Assembly: GCA_041739995.1 (NCBI GenBank)
Contig: JBGSMV010000034.1
Span: 1-62,826, forward strand
Reading direction: 5' to 3'
Origin: Bdellovibrionota bacterium
GTDB lineage: Bacteria > Bdellovibrionota_C > UBA2361 > JBGSMV01
Length of the DNA stretch: 62,826 nt
Below the pieces are notes generated by a model, which saw nothing but the letters and a program-made list of their open reading frames with translations, was not told the DNA's origin and ran no database searches. Every line of letters starts with the position of its first letter. Positions within the stretch are counted from its first letter, which is position 1. Of this stretch, positions 9,497 through 18,799 are shown piece after piece. The position numbers and the translations under genes were made by a program.

Positions 9497-10957
9497 ATGA
9501 TCGAGTCAGTAAGGAATATTTTTAGTTTATTAGGTGGCAGCTCTCGCAAACGAGACATCGAAGGGGCTGCACGGTATTTGCAATTTTCAGGGGAAGAAGT
9601 GTTTTCCAGCGAATCGACAGAGGGGCAGCCCGGGGCCAAAAATTCTGTTCCTGGCCAAATGGCTGCCAGCGGAGCTGATCCGTTTACCGCTGAAACTTTT
9701 TCTTCCAAGGATCGGCCTGAACTTGAGGTGCTTCTTCGAGAGAGCCTTGGCGATCGATGCCCAATATTAAAGTCACAACTCCGTTTAGGAGAGTCAATTG
9801 GTGAGATGTTTCAGCGTGTGACCGGTAACCCGCTGATCATCACCATTGACGGATTATCGGCATATGGCAAAGGAGCGGCGGGGAAATTCTTGGCGAGCTA
9901 CTACGGGGTGCGGGAAATGAGTTCGGGCCTTGCCTACCGGGCCGGTGCTTATGTCTGTAAGCACGAATTGAAATCAATTCGGAATCGTTCATGGACTCGT
10001 CGAAGGAGTGAAGAAGCGCATTCGGAAGTACTTAGTCCGGAGGAGGCTCGCGATGTAGTTGCGGTTGTTGCGGGTGCCATCAGTGATGGAAGACTGAGAG
10101 TAGTGAACTCCGATTCAGGGACCAAGGTGTTACTCCAGTGTGGCCGGAGGGCTGTCGATATTACCCCGAAACTTCTAAGTCATGAGTTTGCGCAGGGAGC
10201 ATCGATTCTAGGAGAAATCGGCGAAGTGCGGTCAGCGCTTCTCCCGTTTTTAAGAAGTTTTGGCAGTTCTGGATGGGTTACTGACGGACGAGATATGGGA
10301 ACAGAAGTATTCCCTGATGCTTCAGTGAAGCTCTTCTTTGGGGATGCAGACGAAGAGCAGAGGCTAGAGCATGCGTACGTGCGAGGGGAGTGGCGCATGA
10401 ATCAGTGGTCAAAAAAAGATCTAGACCGTATGGAAGGTGTCCCGGCCCTTTCAGATTGGATCACCGACCCGAAAGAAATGGAGCAGTTTACTCCGGAAGA
10501 ACGGGATATGTTGCAATTTGCCAATATTCTGTCCTGGAGCACTGATAGTCTACTCAGTCGTGATGAGCACGATCTGAATCGCAAGGTTGCGCCCCTGCGT
10601 TGTCCAGATGACGCTATTTGTTTTTCTCCCATAAACAATAGGGCGCATCCACCAGAGGGAGATCGATTTTACATTCCCGAAGACGGCCGGGTTGATGAGC
10701 AGGGGCGAGCTATTCCTGAGAACAGACTCAATGGAATTTTTACCGCTACCGAGTCGGAGGTGCGAGAGCAGGTCGCTAAGCTTGTTGATGCGCGCATCGA
10801 AGAGATTCTTAAGGAGCATCTAGGCCAGAGGGGCGCCTCAGCCCTAGCAGAGGCTAAATCTCCATCGCTCAGAATCCCAGGACGGGATGCGCAAGCGGCT
10901 AAAGATCAAGAGGCCAACGATCTCCCTAATAGAAGAAGGCGCGCAGGGGGCAGTTAA
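9497..10957 (+). CDS. Divergent, enlarged cytidylate-kinase-like protein
   Basis: ITIDGLSAYGKG, SSGLAYRA, TDGRDMGTEVFPDASVKLF and RDEHDLNRKVAPL match Cmk motifs. 486 aa, with extensions and insertions. Confidence 0.7.
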   Translation: MIESVRNIFSLLGGSSRKRDIEGAARYLQFSGEEVFSSESTEGQPGAKNSVPGQMAASGADPFTAETFSSKDRPELEVLLRESLGDRCPILKSQLRLGESIGEMFQRVTGNPLIITIDGLSAYGKGAAGKFLASYYGVREMSSGLAYRAGAYVCKHELKSIRNRSWTRRRSEEAHSEVLSPEEARDVVAVVAGAISDGRLRVVNSDSGTKVLLQCGRRAVDITPKLLSHEFAQGASILGEIGEVRSALLPFLRSFGSSGWVTDGRDMGTEVFPDASVKLFFGDADEEQRLEHAYVRGEWRMNQWSKKDLDRMEGVPALSDWITDPKEMEQFTPEERDMLQFANILSWSTDSLLSRDEHDLNRKVAPLRCPDDAICFSPINNRAHPPEGDRFYIPEDGRVDEQGRAIPENRLNGIFTATESEVREQVAKLVDARIEEILKEHLGQRGASALAEAKSPSLRIPGRDAQAAKDQEANDLPNRRRRAGGS

Positions 10958-10984
10958 ATCCACTCTCGCCCAATCCGCCTGAGT

Positions 10985-12115
10985 TCACGGTAGGCGAAGC
11001 GGATATCTCGTCATTGCATCTGCGGGGATGTGTTGCAGCAGTTCAATAGGGGTTCCGGCCTTTGGCTCAAGGAATGTTGACCATGCATGGCTTCCCTTGA
11101 CCGCCAGTACCATGTGCGGAGTTTTTTTGCTGCCGTCGTGTTCTGAATCAGACGACCTCACTAAGCCAAGCTCATGTTCTTCGAGGCGTGCGATGCTGGC
11201 CTGGAACCGAACCCAGTGGGCAGCTTCTCCAATTCGCACGTATAAGAGGGACCCGAATGGGATCTCTGCCAGCGTAGGATCTTCAACTCGAATCGGCGTC
11301 TTAATGTTCATGTAGGGCTTGTCAACCCAGCCGACCACCCAGCGAGGTGCGGGAACAACACCGATGTCTGCCAGCTGTTCGGGCAGTGCACATGATTTAA
11401 TAAAATCTCTTTCGCCGGCGATAACCGATTTCATAATCCGCGGAAGAATGTCACGACTACGAAAGTCTACGTCTCTATCATCACTGTCCAGAACGAAGGC
11501 AGCTTTGATTTTATCATGAACAAACCCCAGCTCTTCTCCGTTCATGTAGGCGAATACGAGTGATTGATTTTCTAGGACTGCAAGTACCAGGCTGTCGCTA
11601 CGCTTTGCGGTGTCGTCAGTACGAATGCGGGCGGCGTTGGTAAATATTACCTGAGTCGGTGGTCGATAATGCGCTGGCGCTAGTGCGTAATGACTGACAT
11701 GTACGCCTACTTCTAGCGTGTTGTATTCCGCTACCGGAACGCTACTTAGTTCCGAATTGGGGAACTCAACTTCGAAGGCCCCATGCACTTTTCGCCAAGT
11801 AGGGCGGTCGCTATAATCCGCGATGCCCACCACCCAAAGTCTTCGCTTTTCGACATCTAGCTCGTGCCGATATCGTGCGGTTGTCTCATCAAGTATGTGG
11901 AGCGCGGTCTCGCGGATACTGGACGGGTCGACGATCGCGGGGGTTTGTAATGCAGCAAGGTTCTCTGGATCGTGGCGAGTTCTTTCGCCGGGCTGCGCTG
12001 AAACGGGTGGTGGTTTTAGAGGAAGTTTATCGCCAGGTGGGGTACCACGAACGGATTGACCTGTATCCATACAACGGAATCTCCAGAACGCTCTTACAAC
12101 TGAGTCGGTCTTCAA
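10985..12115 (-). CDS. SAM hydroxide/halide adenosyltransferase (DUF62 / fluorinase-chlorinase superfamily)-like protein
   Basis: GIADYSD, FRSRDILP and WVDKPYMNIKT resemble the (T/A)D(F/Y)G, F-x-(G/S)RD and D-x-(F/Y)GN motifs. About 90-aa N-terminal extension; start uncertain. Confidence 0.6.
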   Translation of the reverse strand: MKTDSVVRAFWRFRCMDTGQSVRGTPPGDKLPLKPPPVSAQPGERTRHDPENLAALQTPAIVDPSSIRETALHILDETTARYRHELDVEKRRLWVVGIADYSDRPTWRKVHGAFEVEFPNSELSSVPVAEYNTLEVGVHVSHYALAPAHYRPPTQVIFTNAARIRTDDTAKRSDSLVLAVLENQSLVFAYMNGEELGFVHDKIKAAFVLDSDDRDVDFRSRDILPRIMKSVIAGERDFIKSCALPEQLADIGVVPAPRWVVGWVDKPYMNIKTPIRVEDPTLAEIPFGSLLYVRIGEAAHWVRFQASIARLEEHELGLVRSSDSEHDGSKKTPHMVLAVKGSHAWSTFLEPKAGTPIELLQHIPADAMTRYPLRLP

Positions 12116-12166
12116 GTCTGCGACGGGTATAGCGGGGGTAGCCCCGAGCGTCCAGCCCTCTTCAAG

Positions 12167-12214
12167 AAGGTAGCACCTTCCTCGCTGAAGATACCAAAAG
12201 GAAGCTGCTACCTT
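12167..12214. repeat. 16-bp inverted repeat (hairpin)
   Basis: AAGGTAGCACCTTCCT...AGGAAGCTGCTACCTT, 15/16 complementary. Confidence 0.7.
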
Positions 12215-12284
12215 TTGTGGGTAGGCTTCAAGTTAGGATCTTGGAATTGTTAGAGGAAATTCTTAAGGGACGCCCATTGATCGA

Positions 12285-12321
12285 AATTCAGTCCAAGTTT
12301 GATCGATCTTTGGACTGAATT
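12285..12321. repeat. 12-bp perfect inverted repeat downstream of mnmG
   Basis: AATTCAGTCCAA...TTGGACTGAATT. Confidence 0.7.
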
Positions 12322-12416
12322 CAGACGCTTTATGGGGGTCTCGTGGATCTGTTATGCGTAATCGCTGGACGATTCGCTGAACGGATGAGGCTGACAGCTA
12401 TTATATAGACGGACGA

Positions 12417-14318
12417 CTATCTCGAAGGAGCTGCCGCGCTACGCTTAAGCTGCATAGCGAGCAGCGATATGGCACTCGGAGTAATGCCGGGGATTCTCAT
12501 TGCTTGCCCAATCGAAAAAGGACGGTGCAGAGCAAACTTCTGCCGATGCTCAGTGCGCAGACTAGGGACCTGGTCATAGCAAAAGTCGCCTGGTATCTGC
12601 TGATCTTCAAGTCGTTTTAGGCGAGCTACTTCTTCTTCTTGTTGCCTCAAATATCCGGCAAATTTTAGCTCTGTATTTAGTCGAGTGGTAATTGCTTCTG
12701 AGAAGGTTCCAAACTCGACTGCCTCCGAATCTGCAGCGAAGTGATTCACAAGAAGTTCAAGCGAAAGCTCAGGTCTGCGCACGAGCGTAGAAATCAATAC
12801 GCTGTCCTTTAGCTCAGCGCTTTCGAGAGTGTGAAGCCAGGTGTTGACGTCTTTGGTTGGCAAAACACGATAGGAATCCGACCATTTCTTTAGCTTCTCG
12901 GTCTGCGCCTGCTGCTCAGAGAATATCGCCCACTGAAGATCGTCGATTAGACCCGCCTGATGCGCCATGGGGGTTAATCGATCGGCTGCGTTGTCTTCCC
13001 GTAACAGCAGGCGATACTCGGCGCGCGAAGTAAACATGCGGTACGGCTCGTCGACGCCGGTTGTAGTCAGATCGTCGATCATCACGCCGATATACCCCTG
13101 ACCACGAGAGACCATCAGAGGCTCTTTCTCCTGAAGATGCAGCGCTGCATTCGCGCCAGCGATGAGGCCCTGTGCGGCGGCTTCTTCGTATCCAGAGGTT
13201 CCGTTAATCTGTCCTGCAAAGAAGAGTCCCTTCACCAGCTTTGTTTCTAGAGTCGGGGCGAGGCCGCGGGGGTCTACGAAGTCATACTCGACCGCGTAGC
13301 CAAGCTTTAAAATCTCAGCCTGTTCAAGCCCAGGGATAAGTTTAATGAACTGCTCTTGAACATCCGCGGGAAGACTCGTGGAGATACCGTTCGGGTAAAC
13401 AATGTCCGAGTCGCGCCCTTCGGGCTCCAAGAAAATCTGGTGACTGGTCTTGTCAGCGAAGCGAACGACTTTGTCTTCAATCGACGGGCAGTAGCGAGGA
13501 CCGCCCGATTTGATCTGCCCATTAAACATCGGGCTTCGATCCTTATTGTGCTGAATGACTTCATGAACTTGGCTGTTCGTGTAGGTAATCCAGCAGGAGA
13601 TCTGCGACTGAGTGATGGACTTGGTACGGATGGAAAATGGAGTAGGAGAGAGGTCCCCCGGTTGCTCTTCGAGCTGGCTGAAGTCGATCGAAGAACGACG
13701 CAATCGCGGTGGAGTCCCCGTTTTTAGACGCCCGAGACGAAATCCAAGTTGTTCGAGTGACGCGCTGAGTGAGGAAGCTGGTGCATCGCCTTGTCGGCCC
13801 CCGGGAGTTTGGCATGAGCCCGTGTGCATCAAACCGCGCAGGAAAGTTCCAGTGGTAAGCACTATCGCACTTGCGCTTAGGGTGACTCCGTCCGAGAGCC
13901 GCACTCCTGCTACGCGTTGCCCATCGGATGTGGACTCGGTGAGCAGCTCGGCGACTTCACCCTCGTAAACAGAGAGGTTGGGAGTAGCTTCGACAAGTTC
14001 TCGCACTCGACTCTTGTACAGATCGCGATCGGCTTGGGCTCGGCTTGACCTTACTGCAGCGCCCTTGCTGCGATTGAGTATGCGAAACTGAATGCCGGTA
14101 TCGTCGATTGCGCGTCCCATGATGCCACCCATGGCATCGACCTCTTTGACCAGCTGGCCCTTACCGAGGCCACCGATAGCTGGGTTGCAGGACATCTGCC
14201 CAATGCCCTCAGCGCGCAGAGTCAGAAGGAGGGTCTCGATCCCAAGGCGAGCGGAAGCGCAGGCGGCTTCGACACCTGCATGACCCCCACCAATAACCAG
14301 AACTCGAGAAATGTTCAT
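12417..14318 (-). CDS. mnmG: tRNA uridine-5-carboxymethylaminomethyl synthesis enzyme MnmG
   Basis: [55 protein letters not shown]. Confidence 0.98.
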   Translation of the reverse strand: MNISRVLVIGGGHAGVEAACASARLGIETLLLTLRAEGIGQMSCNPAIGGLGKGQLVKEVDAMGGIMGRAIDDTGIQFRILNRSKGAAVRSSRAQADRDLYKSRVRELVEATPNLSVYEGEVAELLTESTSDGQRVAGVRLSDGVTLSASAIVLTTGTFLRGLMHTGSCQTPGGRQGDAPASSLSASLEQLGFRLGRLKTGTPPRLRRSSIDFSQLEEQPGDLSPTPFSIRTKSITQSQISCWITYTNSQVHEVIQHNKDRSPMFNGQIKSGGPRYCPSIEDKVVRFADKTSHQIFLEPEGRDSDIVYPNGISTSLPADVQEQFIKLIPGLEQAEILKLGYAVEYDFVDPRGLAPTLETKLVKGLFFAGQINGTSGYEEAAAQGLIAGANAALHLQEKEPLMVSRGQGYIGVMIDDLTTTGVDEPYRMFTSRAEYRLLLREDNAADRLTPMAHQAGLIDDLQWAIFSEQQAQTEKLKKWSDSYRVLPTKDVNTWLHTLESAELKDSVLISTLVRRPELSLELLVNHFAADSEAVEFGTFSEAITTRLNTELKFAGYLRQQEEEVARLKRLEDQQIPGDFCYDQVPSLRTEHRQKFALHRPFSIGQAMRIPGITPSAISLLAMQLKRSAAAPSR

Positions 14319-14630
14319 ATAATCAATATGGTAAAACTCAACCTATTGAAATTATTTACTAAATCAGCAGAGCGCCAAGCCCTATGATATCCCAGACAAA
14401 AGATATTCTATTAAAAAATAAGCACCATTAACTTACTGAAAATACGCTTTTTGTTAACCATTTCGCAAATTTACCTAAGTTCCTCAGGATCACGAGGGGC
14501 ATCTTACAGGAGCTGGAGTGTAGTAGTCACGCTTCCTGGGGTAGGTTTACCCCAGGTCGTGGTTCGTGGGAGATGCCATCCCGCTGAGGCTGCTGGCCGT
14601 GGTTGGCCGTTTTTGGGTGCATGGGTTCTG

Positions 14631-15437
14631 ATGTCGTCGCTTGTTAACATCACTGTCGTTCAAGAACTTCCCTTGCGTGACAGGGCACGTCCTGCCTTTG
14701 ACGCTTGTCGAGGCGGTTTCGACGGCAGGGTCGCCCAGGTTGGAGTCATTGATCGTCTTGCGAGTCTCCTTCTGGCGGTTGCCATAGTGGGTATTGTTGG
14801 ATTGACGCGGCCGTCAGTTTCAGAAAACGAGGCGACTGCATCCCTAGACGCCAATCGCCATCAAGAGATCGTCCCATTTGTGCATCTAGACGAAAGCTCT
14901 CTTGAATTGGGAATTGCTCAAATCATTTCTCAAAATCACCGACGTCTCGACTCGCGCCAGTCCCGTGATTTAGCCCGTATTATAGTAGATGAAAGCCGTG
15001 CGGAGGGAGTTGATCCCCTGTTTGTCACCGCAGTTATTAAGGCAGAAAGTAGATTTTCCCACTCAGCGGTATCGAACAAAGGCGCGAAGGGCCTGATGCA
15101 ACTCTTGCCCAGTACCGGGCAGTATATCTCTCAAAAGCGTCGTTTGCAGTGGTCCGGAGTCGAGGGCCTATATGACCCCGCCTACAATATACGACTAGGC
15201 ATCGCCTATCTAAAATACCTCGAGGAAGAGTTCGGATTTACTCAGCAAGAGACGCTTATCGCCTATAACTGGGGACCTGGAAACTTGCTTTCCGCCAGAA
15301 AGCGCGGAGGATCAGCCCCTGGAGTCACTCGGCGCTATGCGGACACTATTCTTTCAGAGCACAAGAATTGGCGACAAAATCTGACAATAAAAGTGGCGAG
15401 TCTGAGCAACTCAGCGATAGCGCCGCAAGTTCTCTAG
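14631..15437 (+). CDS. Membrane-anchored lytic transglycosylase (SLT domain)
   Basis: IKAESRF, GAKGLMQL, NIRLGIAYL, AYNWGPG motifs; one TM helix. Start uncertain. Confidence 0.85.
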   Translation: MSSLVNITVVQELPLRDRARPAFDACRGGFDGRVAQVGVIDRLASLLLAVAIVGIVGLTRPSVSENEATASLDANRHQEIVPFVHLDESSLELGIAQIISQNHRRLDSRQSRDLARIIVDESRAEGVDPLFVTAVIKAESRFSHSAVSNKGAKGLMQLLPSTGQYISQKRRLQWSGVEGLYDPAYNIRLGIAYLKYLEEEFGFTQQETLIAYNWGPGNLLSARKRGGSAPGVTRRYADTILSEHKNWRQNLTIKVASLSNSAIAPQVL

Positions 15438-15643
15438 ATCCGCCTCAAAGCATTCCCTTGGATGAAGTGTGCACAAAGGTGCATCTGGAAGCATGCTTAA
15501 GGGAAGCGACGTTCTATATCGACCCACTAACCGGATTCCAGGTGACTACAGAGTTCGAGCATCTTCGAAGAGGAAAGTGCTGTCGCTCTGGCTGTAGGCA
15601 CTGCCCCTATGGCTTTCGTAAGGTCGATGAGTCGGAGGTGTAG
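15368..15643 (+). CDS. DUF5522-like small Cys-rich protein
   Basis: YIDPLTG..V.T...HLRRGKCCRSGCRHCPYG motif. True start probably near 15458. Confidence 0.75.
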   Translation: MATKSDNKSGESEQLSDSAASSLDPPQSIPLDEVCTKVHLEACLREATFYIDPLTGFQVTTEFEHLRRGKCCRSGCRHCPYGFRKVDESEV

Positions 15644-15711
15644 CCAGACCAGAATTACCTGCCATAAATCCTTATAATTAGGGACATTCGAAGGCTCTGC
15701 CAATAGTCCCC

Positions 15712-15728
15712 TTGGCATGTTTCCTGCA
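15712..15728 (+). promoter_or_regulatory. Sigma-54 (-24/-12) promoter
   Basis: TTGGCATGTTTCCTGCA, GG-N10-GC, about 30 nt upstream of the cytochrome start. Confidence 0.6.
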
Positions 15729-15760
15729 CTCTTTTTGAGGGAAATCTGTCGAGGGGCCAC

Positions 15761-16501
15761 GTGTACCGAGTGATTGTTCAAACACCTGCAATGCTAAGAC
15801 CGGCGCCACCGCGCACCGGCGTAGGCGCGCTGCTGGTGCTGTTGCTCCTGATTACGCCATCACATAGCCATGCGGCGCGTATTACTGGGCCGGTCCAAGT
15901 AGCTCCGTCCGACGTGCGAGTAACCTCAGTCACAATAAGAATTCGCAAGCAGCAAGAACAACATTCAATCTCCTGCATCGGGGCAACCGCCGGGATCGTG
16001 AGGAGCCGCAGATCTCGACTGATCTTCACGTCCTACGGCAGGCGAGCAAAGGTCTTGAATGAGCGGGGGAGCGCTGCTCTTAAGCTGACGCGATTTCGAA
16101 GATTAGCTAAGGTCGGCAATCGGGCCTGCGCCAATTTGCTGCGCACAGATCCCCCGAACGCTCCTACGCCGACACCCGCCCCAAATCTGACACCCACGGC
16201 GACCCCCCGACCCACTTCAACCCCACGTCCGCCGAACTTTGATGAAAATGGAAACGTGACTGCTCGTGGTAGGGTGGTCTTTGGTATCCCTTCGGGTCTT
16301 CCCGCAAACAGATTCACAGGAGCTGCAGTCTATCAAAATAGATGCTCTGACTGTCACGGGGGCGAACAGCGCGGGCTATTTTTTAACTTCATGCAGCTTC
16401 GAAATGCGACCTCAGGGTTCCCTATGCTCTTTAATGAGACGACTCTTCTGAATGAAGAGCTTGCACACATCACCGCATTTCTGAATCAGGGTAATCCCTA
16501 G
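15761..16501 (+). CDS. Secreted monoheme c-type cytochrome with basic N-domain and Pro/Thr linker
   Basis: Signal-peptide-like segment, PTPTP linker, CSDCH, FPM, ELAHITAFLN. GAGGGG RBS before GTG. Confidence 0.75.
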   Translation: MYRVIVQTPAMLRPAPPRTGVGALLVLLLLITPSHSHAARITGPVQVAPSDVRVTSVTIRIRKQQEQHSISCIGATAGIVRSRRSRLIFTSYGRRAKVLNERGSAALKLTRFRRLAKVGNRACANLLRTDPPNAPTPTPAPNLTPTATPRPTSTPRPPNFDENGNVTARGRVVFGIPSGLPANRFTGAAVYQNRCSDCHGGEQRGLFFNFMQLRNATSGFPMLFNETTLLNEELAHITAFLNQGNP

Positions 16502-16578
16502 CAGAGTTGTGGAAAACTCTTTTCACAACTCTGCTAGGGAGGAAAGGATGCCCGACCGCGGACTGGAGCAAAGTGCGA

Positions 16579-16634
16579 ATGCGCGAAGCGACTCAGATTT
16601 TCGCGCCGCTCGTCGCGCGAAAGAAGCTTGGAGC
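16579..16634 (+). repeat. Dispersed structured element, copy 1
   Basis: ATGCGCGAAGCGAC - hairpin (TTTCGCG...CGCGAAA) - AGCTTGGAGC. Similar element at 43185-43240. Confidence 0.45.
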
Positions 16635-16698
16635 GAGTGAAAAAGTGCCAAGGAGGGCGCTTTTTCAGGGAAAAGGAGGAACGCCGAATCCTACCCGG

Positions 16699-17121
16699 CT
16701 ACTCGCCGATTATCTTTATGAGCACGCGCTTGTCGCGACGTCCATCAAATTCTCCATAGAAAATCTGTTCCCAGGGCCCAAAATCAAGGGCGCCTTTGGT
16801 GACTGCGACTACCACTTCGCGGCCCATGATCTGGCGCTTTAGGTGGGCGTCGGCGTTGTCCTCTCCGGTTCGGTTGTGGTGGTACCGGGTCGGAGAAGGG
16901 TCATGTGGTGCCAGACACTCCAGCCACTTTTCGTAATCGTGATGCAGCCCCTTCTCCTCATCGTTGATAAACACGCTTGCAGTGATGTGCATGGCGTTTA
17001 CCAAGCACAAGCCCTCCTGAATTTCGCTTGCATCGAGGCACTCTTCTACAAGCGGAGTGATGTTCTTAAACCCAAATCGTTTGGGAATATTAAAGGTCAA
17101 ATGTTTAGTGAAGCTTTTCAT
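16699..17121 (-). CDS. yjbQ: YjbQ / UPF0047 family protein
   Basis: [34 protein letters not shown]. Confidence 0.9.
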   Translation of the reverse strand: MKSFTKHLTFNIPKRFGFKNITPLVEECLDASEIQEGLCLVNAMHITASVFINDEEKGLHHDYEKWLECLAPHDPSPTRYHHNRTGEDNADAHLKRQIMGREVVVAVTKGALDFGPWEQIFYGEFDGRRDKRVLIKIIGE

Positions 17122-17300
17122 GCGTGGTAGTGTACGCATGCAAGGACTCAGTGAAAATACGAGAACCGCGACACAGCGGTCGGGCGCAGTGTGAATTAAT
17201 CAATCAGCAGAGGCTAGGGCGGACTGATACCCAAGAATGATTAGGTCTGGTCCAACAAGATATGAATAGGGTTATGGAGGCGGTCAAGGAGTGGGAGCGG

Positions 17301-17612
17301 CTAGTGTCCTTCTCGGACGCTTTCGAGTCCTGCAGCGTGAAGTTTTGAATTCATACATGCAAGCCACTGCACGTTATCGTTCGAAGGGACAAGTCCTTCC
17401 CTCTCGTCGTCCCCAATAGTTCCTGCGGTCCCACCGCCGGTTTCAATAACGCATGAGGCAGTTATGACTTCGGTTTTTATAGTTCTGGAATATTGGTCGA
17501 GGACAAGCATTGAACCCAAAGCTACCCCGACTATGAGTAGGAGGTATTCAGGGATGGAGGCTCCCGCTTCGCTCCCGAAAGGCCGAACTGCGTGAACGCG
17601 ATTTCGACTCAT
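17301..17612 (-). CDS. Flp/type IVb-like prepilin with C-terminal extension
   Basis: G|ASIPEY followed by a hydrophobic helix. ATG 17612 follows an AGAGG RBS. Confidence 0.6.
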   Translation of the reverse strand: MSRNRVHAVRPFGSEAGASIPEYLLLIVGVALGSMLVLDQYSRTIKTEVITASCVIETGGGTAGTIGDDEREGLVPSNDNVQWLACMNSKLHAAGLESVREGH

Positions 17613-17725
17613 TGCCACAACCTCTACACCCATTAACCACTCACGTCCGCTTCGACGCGCCGTAACACCCTGTACACATGTCCTGGTGAACGCAGCCTTT
17701 GCTCCACTCTGGTAATGCGCGGTAA

Positions 17726-18559
17726 TTAGGAATGTTTCCACTCATCTGCGAGAGGGGTGAGAGAATGAGTGCCTACGCTTACCTTGGAGCCAGGCTGCGA
17801 GTTTTCCGTAGTGAGGCCCGGGTTGAGGTCACGGTCGAATTGAGAGAGGAAATTTCTGGCGCGGCGATGAAACTCCTTGCCCTCGTCAAGAAGCCAACGG
17901 CGAATGGTTGGAATGTAGCGAGGTTCGATGTTGTCGAACTCAGTTCGAAGGTGGAGGTTGGTGATTGGGGCTGGCTTAAAGAGGTTTTCTTCGACCGCAT
18001 AGATCAGTTCGTTGACGTCGTTTGAGAGAATGTCTAATCCGGCACTAGAAGACTCCCCTACAGGAAGCTGGCGATACAGTAGAATCAATTCTCCCTCGCG
18101 GCGTTCGACGAGAGAGCGTCTCTCCAGTTCAAAAAGCACCGTTCCTGGATTGATAGCGGCGCTCACTTTCGCGCAGAGCTTCCTAAAATCGGCATTTTTT
18201 CCGCTAATTGTAAGGGGTTTTGGCTCGCCCGCGCGTGTGCAGAATTCAGGATCATTACGCCACTGCCCGATAGCGCGCGTGAGGAAGTGACTTGAGCTAT
18301 TATCAGCCTCCTCTGGCTGTGCAGCCTTTATGCGAAGTACTTCCGCGCGACGAATTCCGGTGAGGACGCTTAATCGGCTGATGTTGATCTTGTCATCTTC
18401 CTTGCTTAGCTCCTGCTCGGCTAGTTCCACGAATAGTTCTTTGGCCACTGAGACAAAGTCCTGTAGTGCCAGCGACGATCGCAAGCAGAAGCGCACCAGA
18501 GGTCGCAACACAGAGCGAAGGGCGGCTCTACGAACGTTTTCTGAAGGCGAGCAGCTCAT
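17726..18559 (-). CDS. DUF6502-family protein
   Basis: LRPLVRFCL...FV..A...ISRLSVLTGIRR..V...IGQW..DPEF pattern. Clear paralog of 58194..59024. Confidence 0.75.
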   Translation of the reverse strand: MSCSPSENVRRAALRSVLRPLVRFCLRSSLALQDFVSVAKELFVELAEQELSKEDDKINISRLSVLTGIRRAEVLRIKAAQPEEADNSSSHFLTRAIGQWRNDPEFCTRAGEPKPLTISGKNADFRKLCAKVSAAINPGTVLFELERRSLVERREGELILLYRQLPVGESSSAGLDILSNDVNELIYAVEENLFKPAPITNLHLRTEFDNIEPRYIPTIRRWLLDEGKEFHRRARNFLSQFDRDLNPGLTTENSQPGSKVSVGTHSLTPLADEWKHS

Positions 18560-18799
18560 TTATCGCACCTAAACCTCGGTTGGGGTGTCTGAAACAGACA
18601 TTCTCTTCTTAGTAATCGGTAGAAATTGAATAATTTTGGAGAGTAGGCCACAGATTATCTTACAGTAATTTCAACTTGTTAGCTTGTTTTCGTCTCTTGA
18701 GAGGTAATATCTTTGATTTTCTGGTGAAGCAAAGGCGCTGCTCGAAACGAACATTTTATGATGCTTCATTTGAAGCTTGGTGAATAACAGTTCTTGAAT

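Noticed and set aside
17691..17707. Sigma-54-like GG-N10-GC box before the first Flp-like gene
   Set aside because: Deviates at several consensus positions and has no upstream palindrome.
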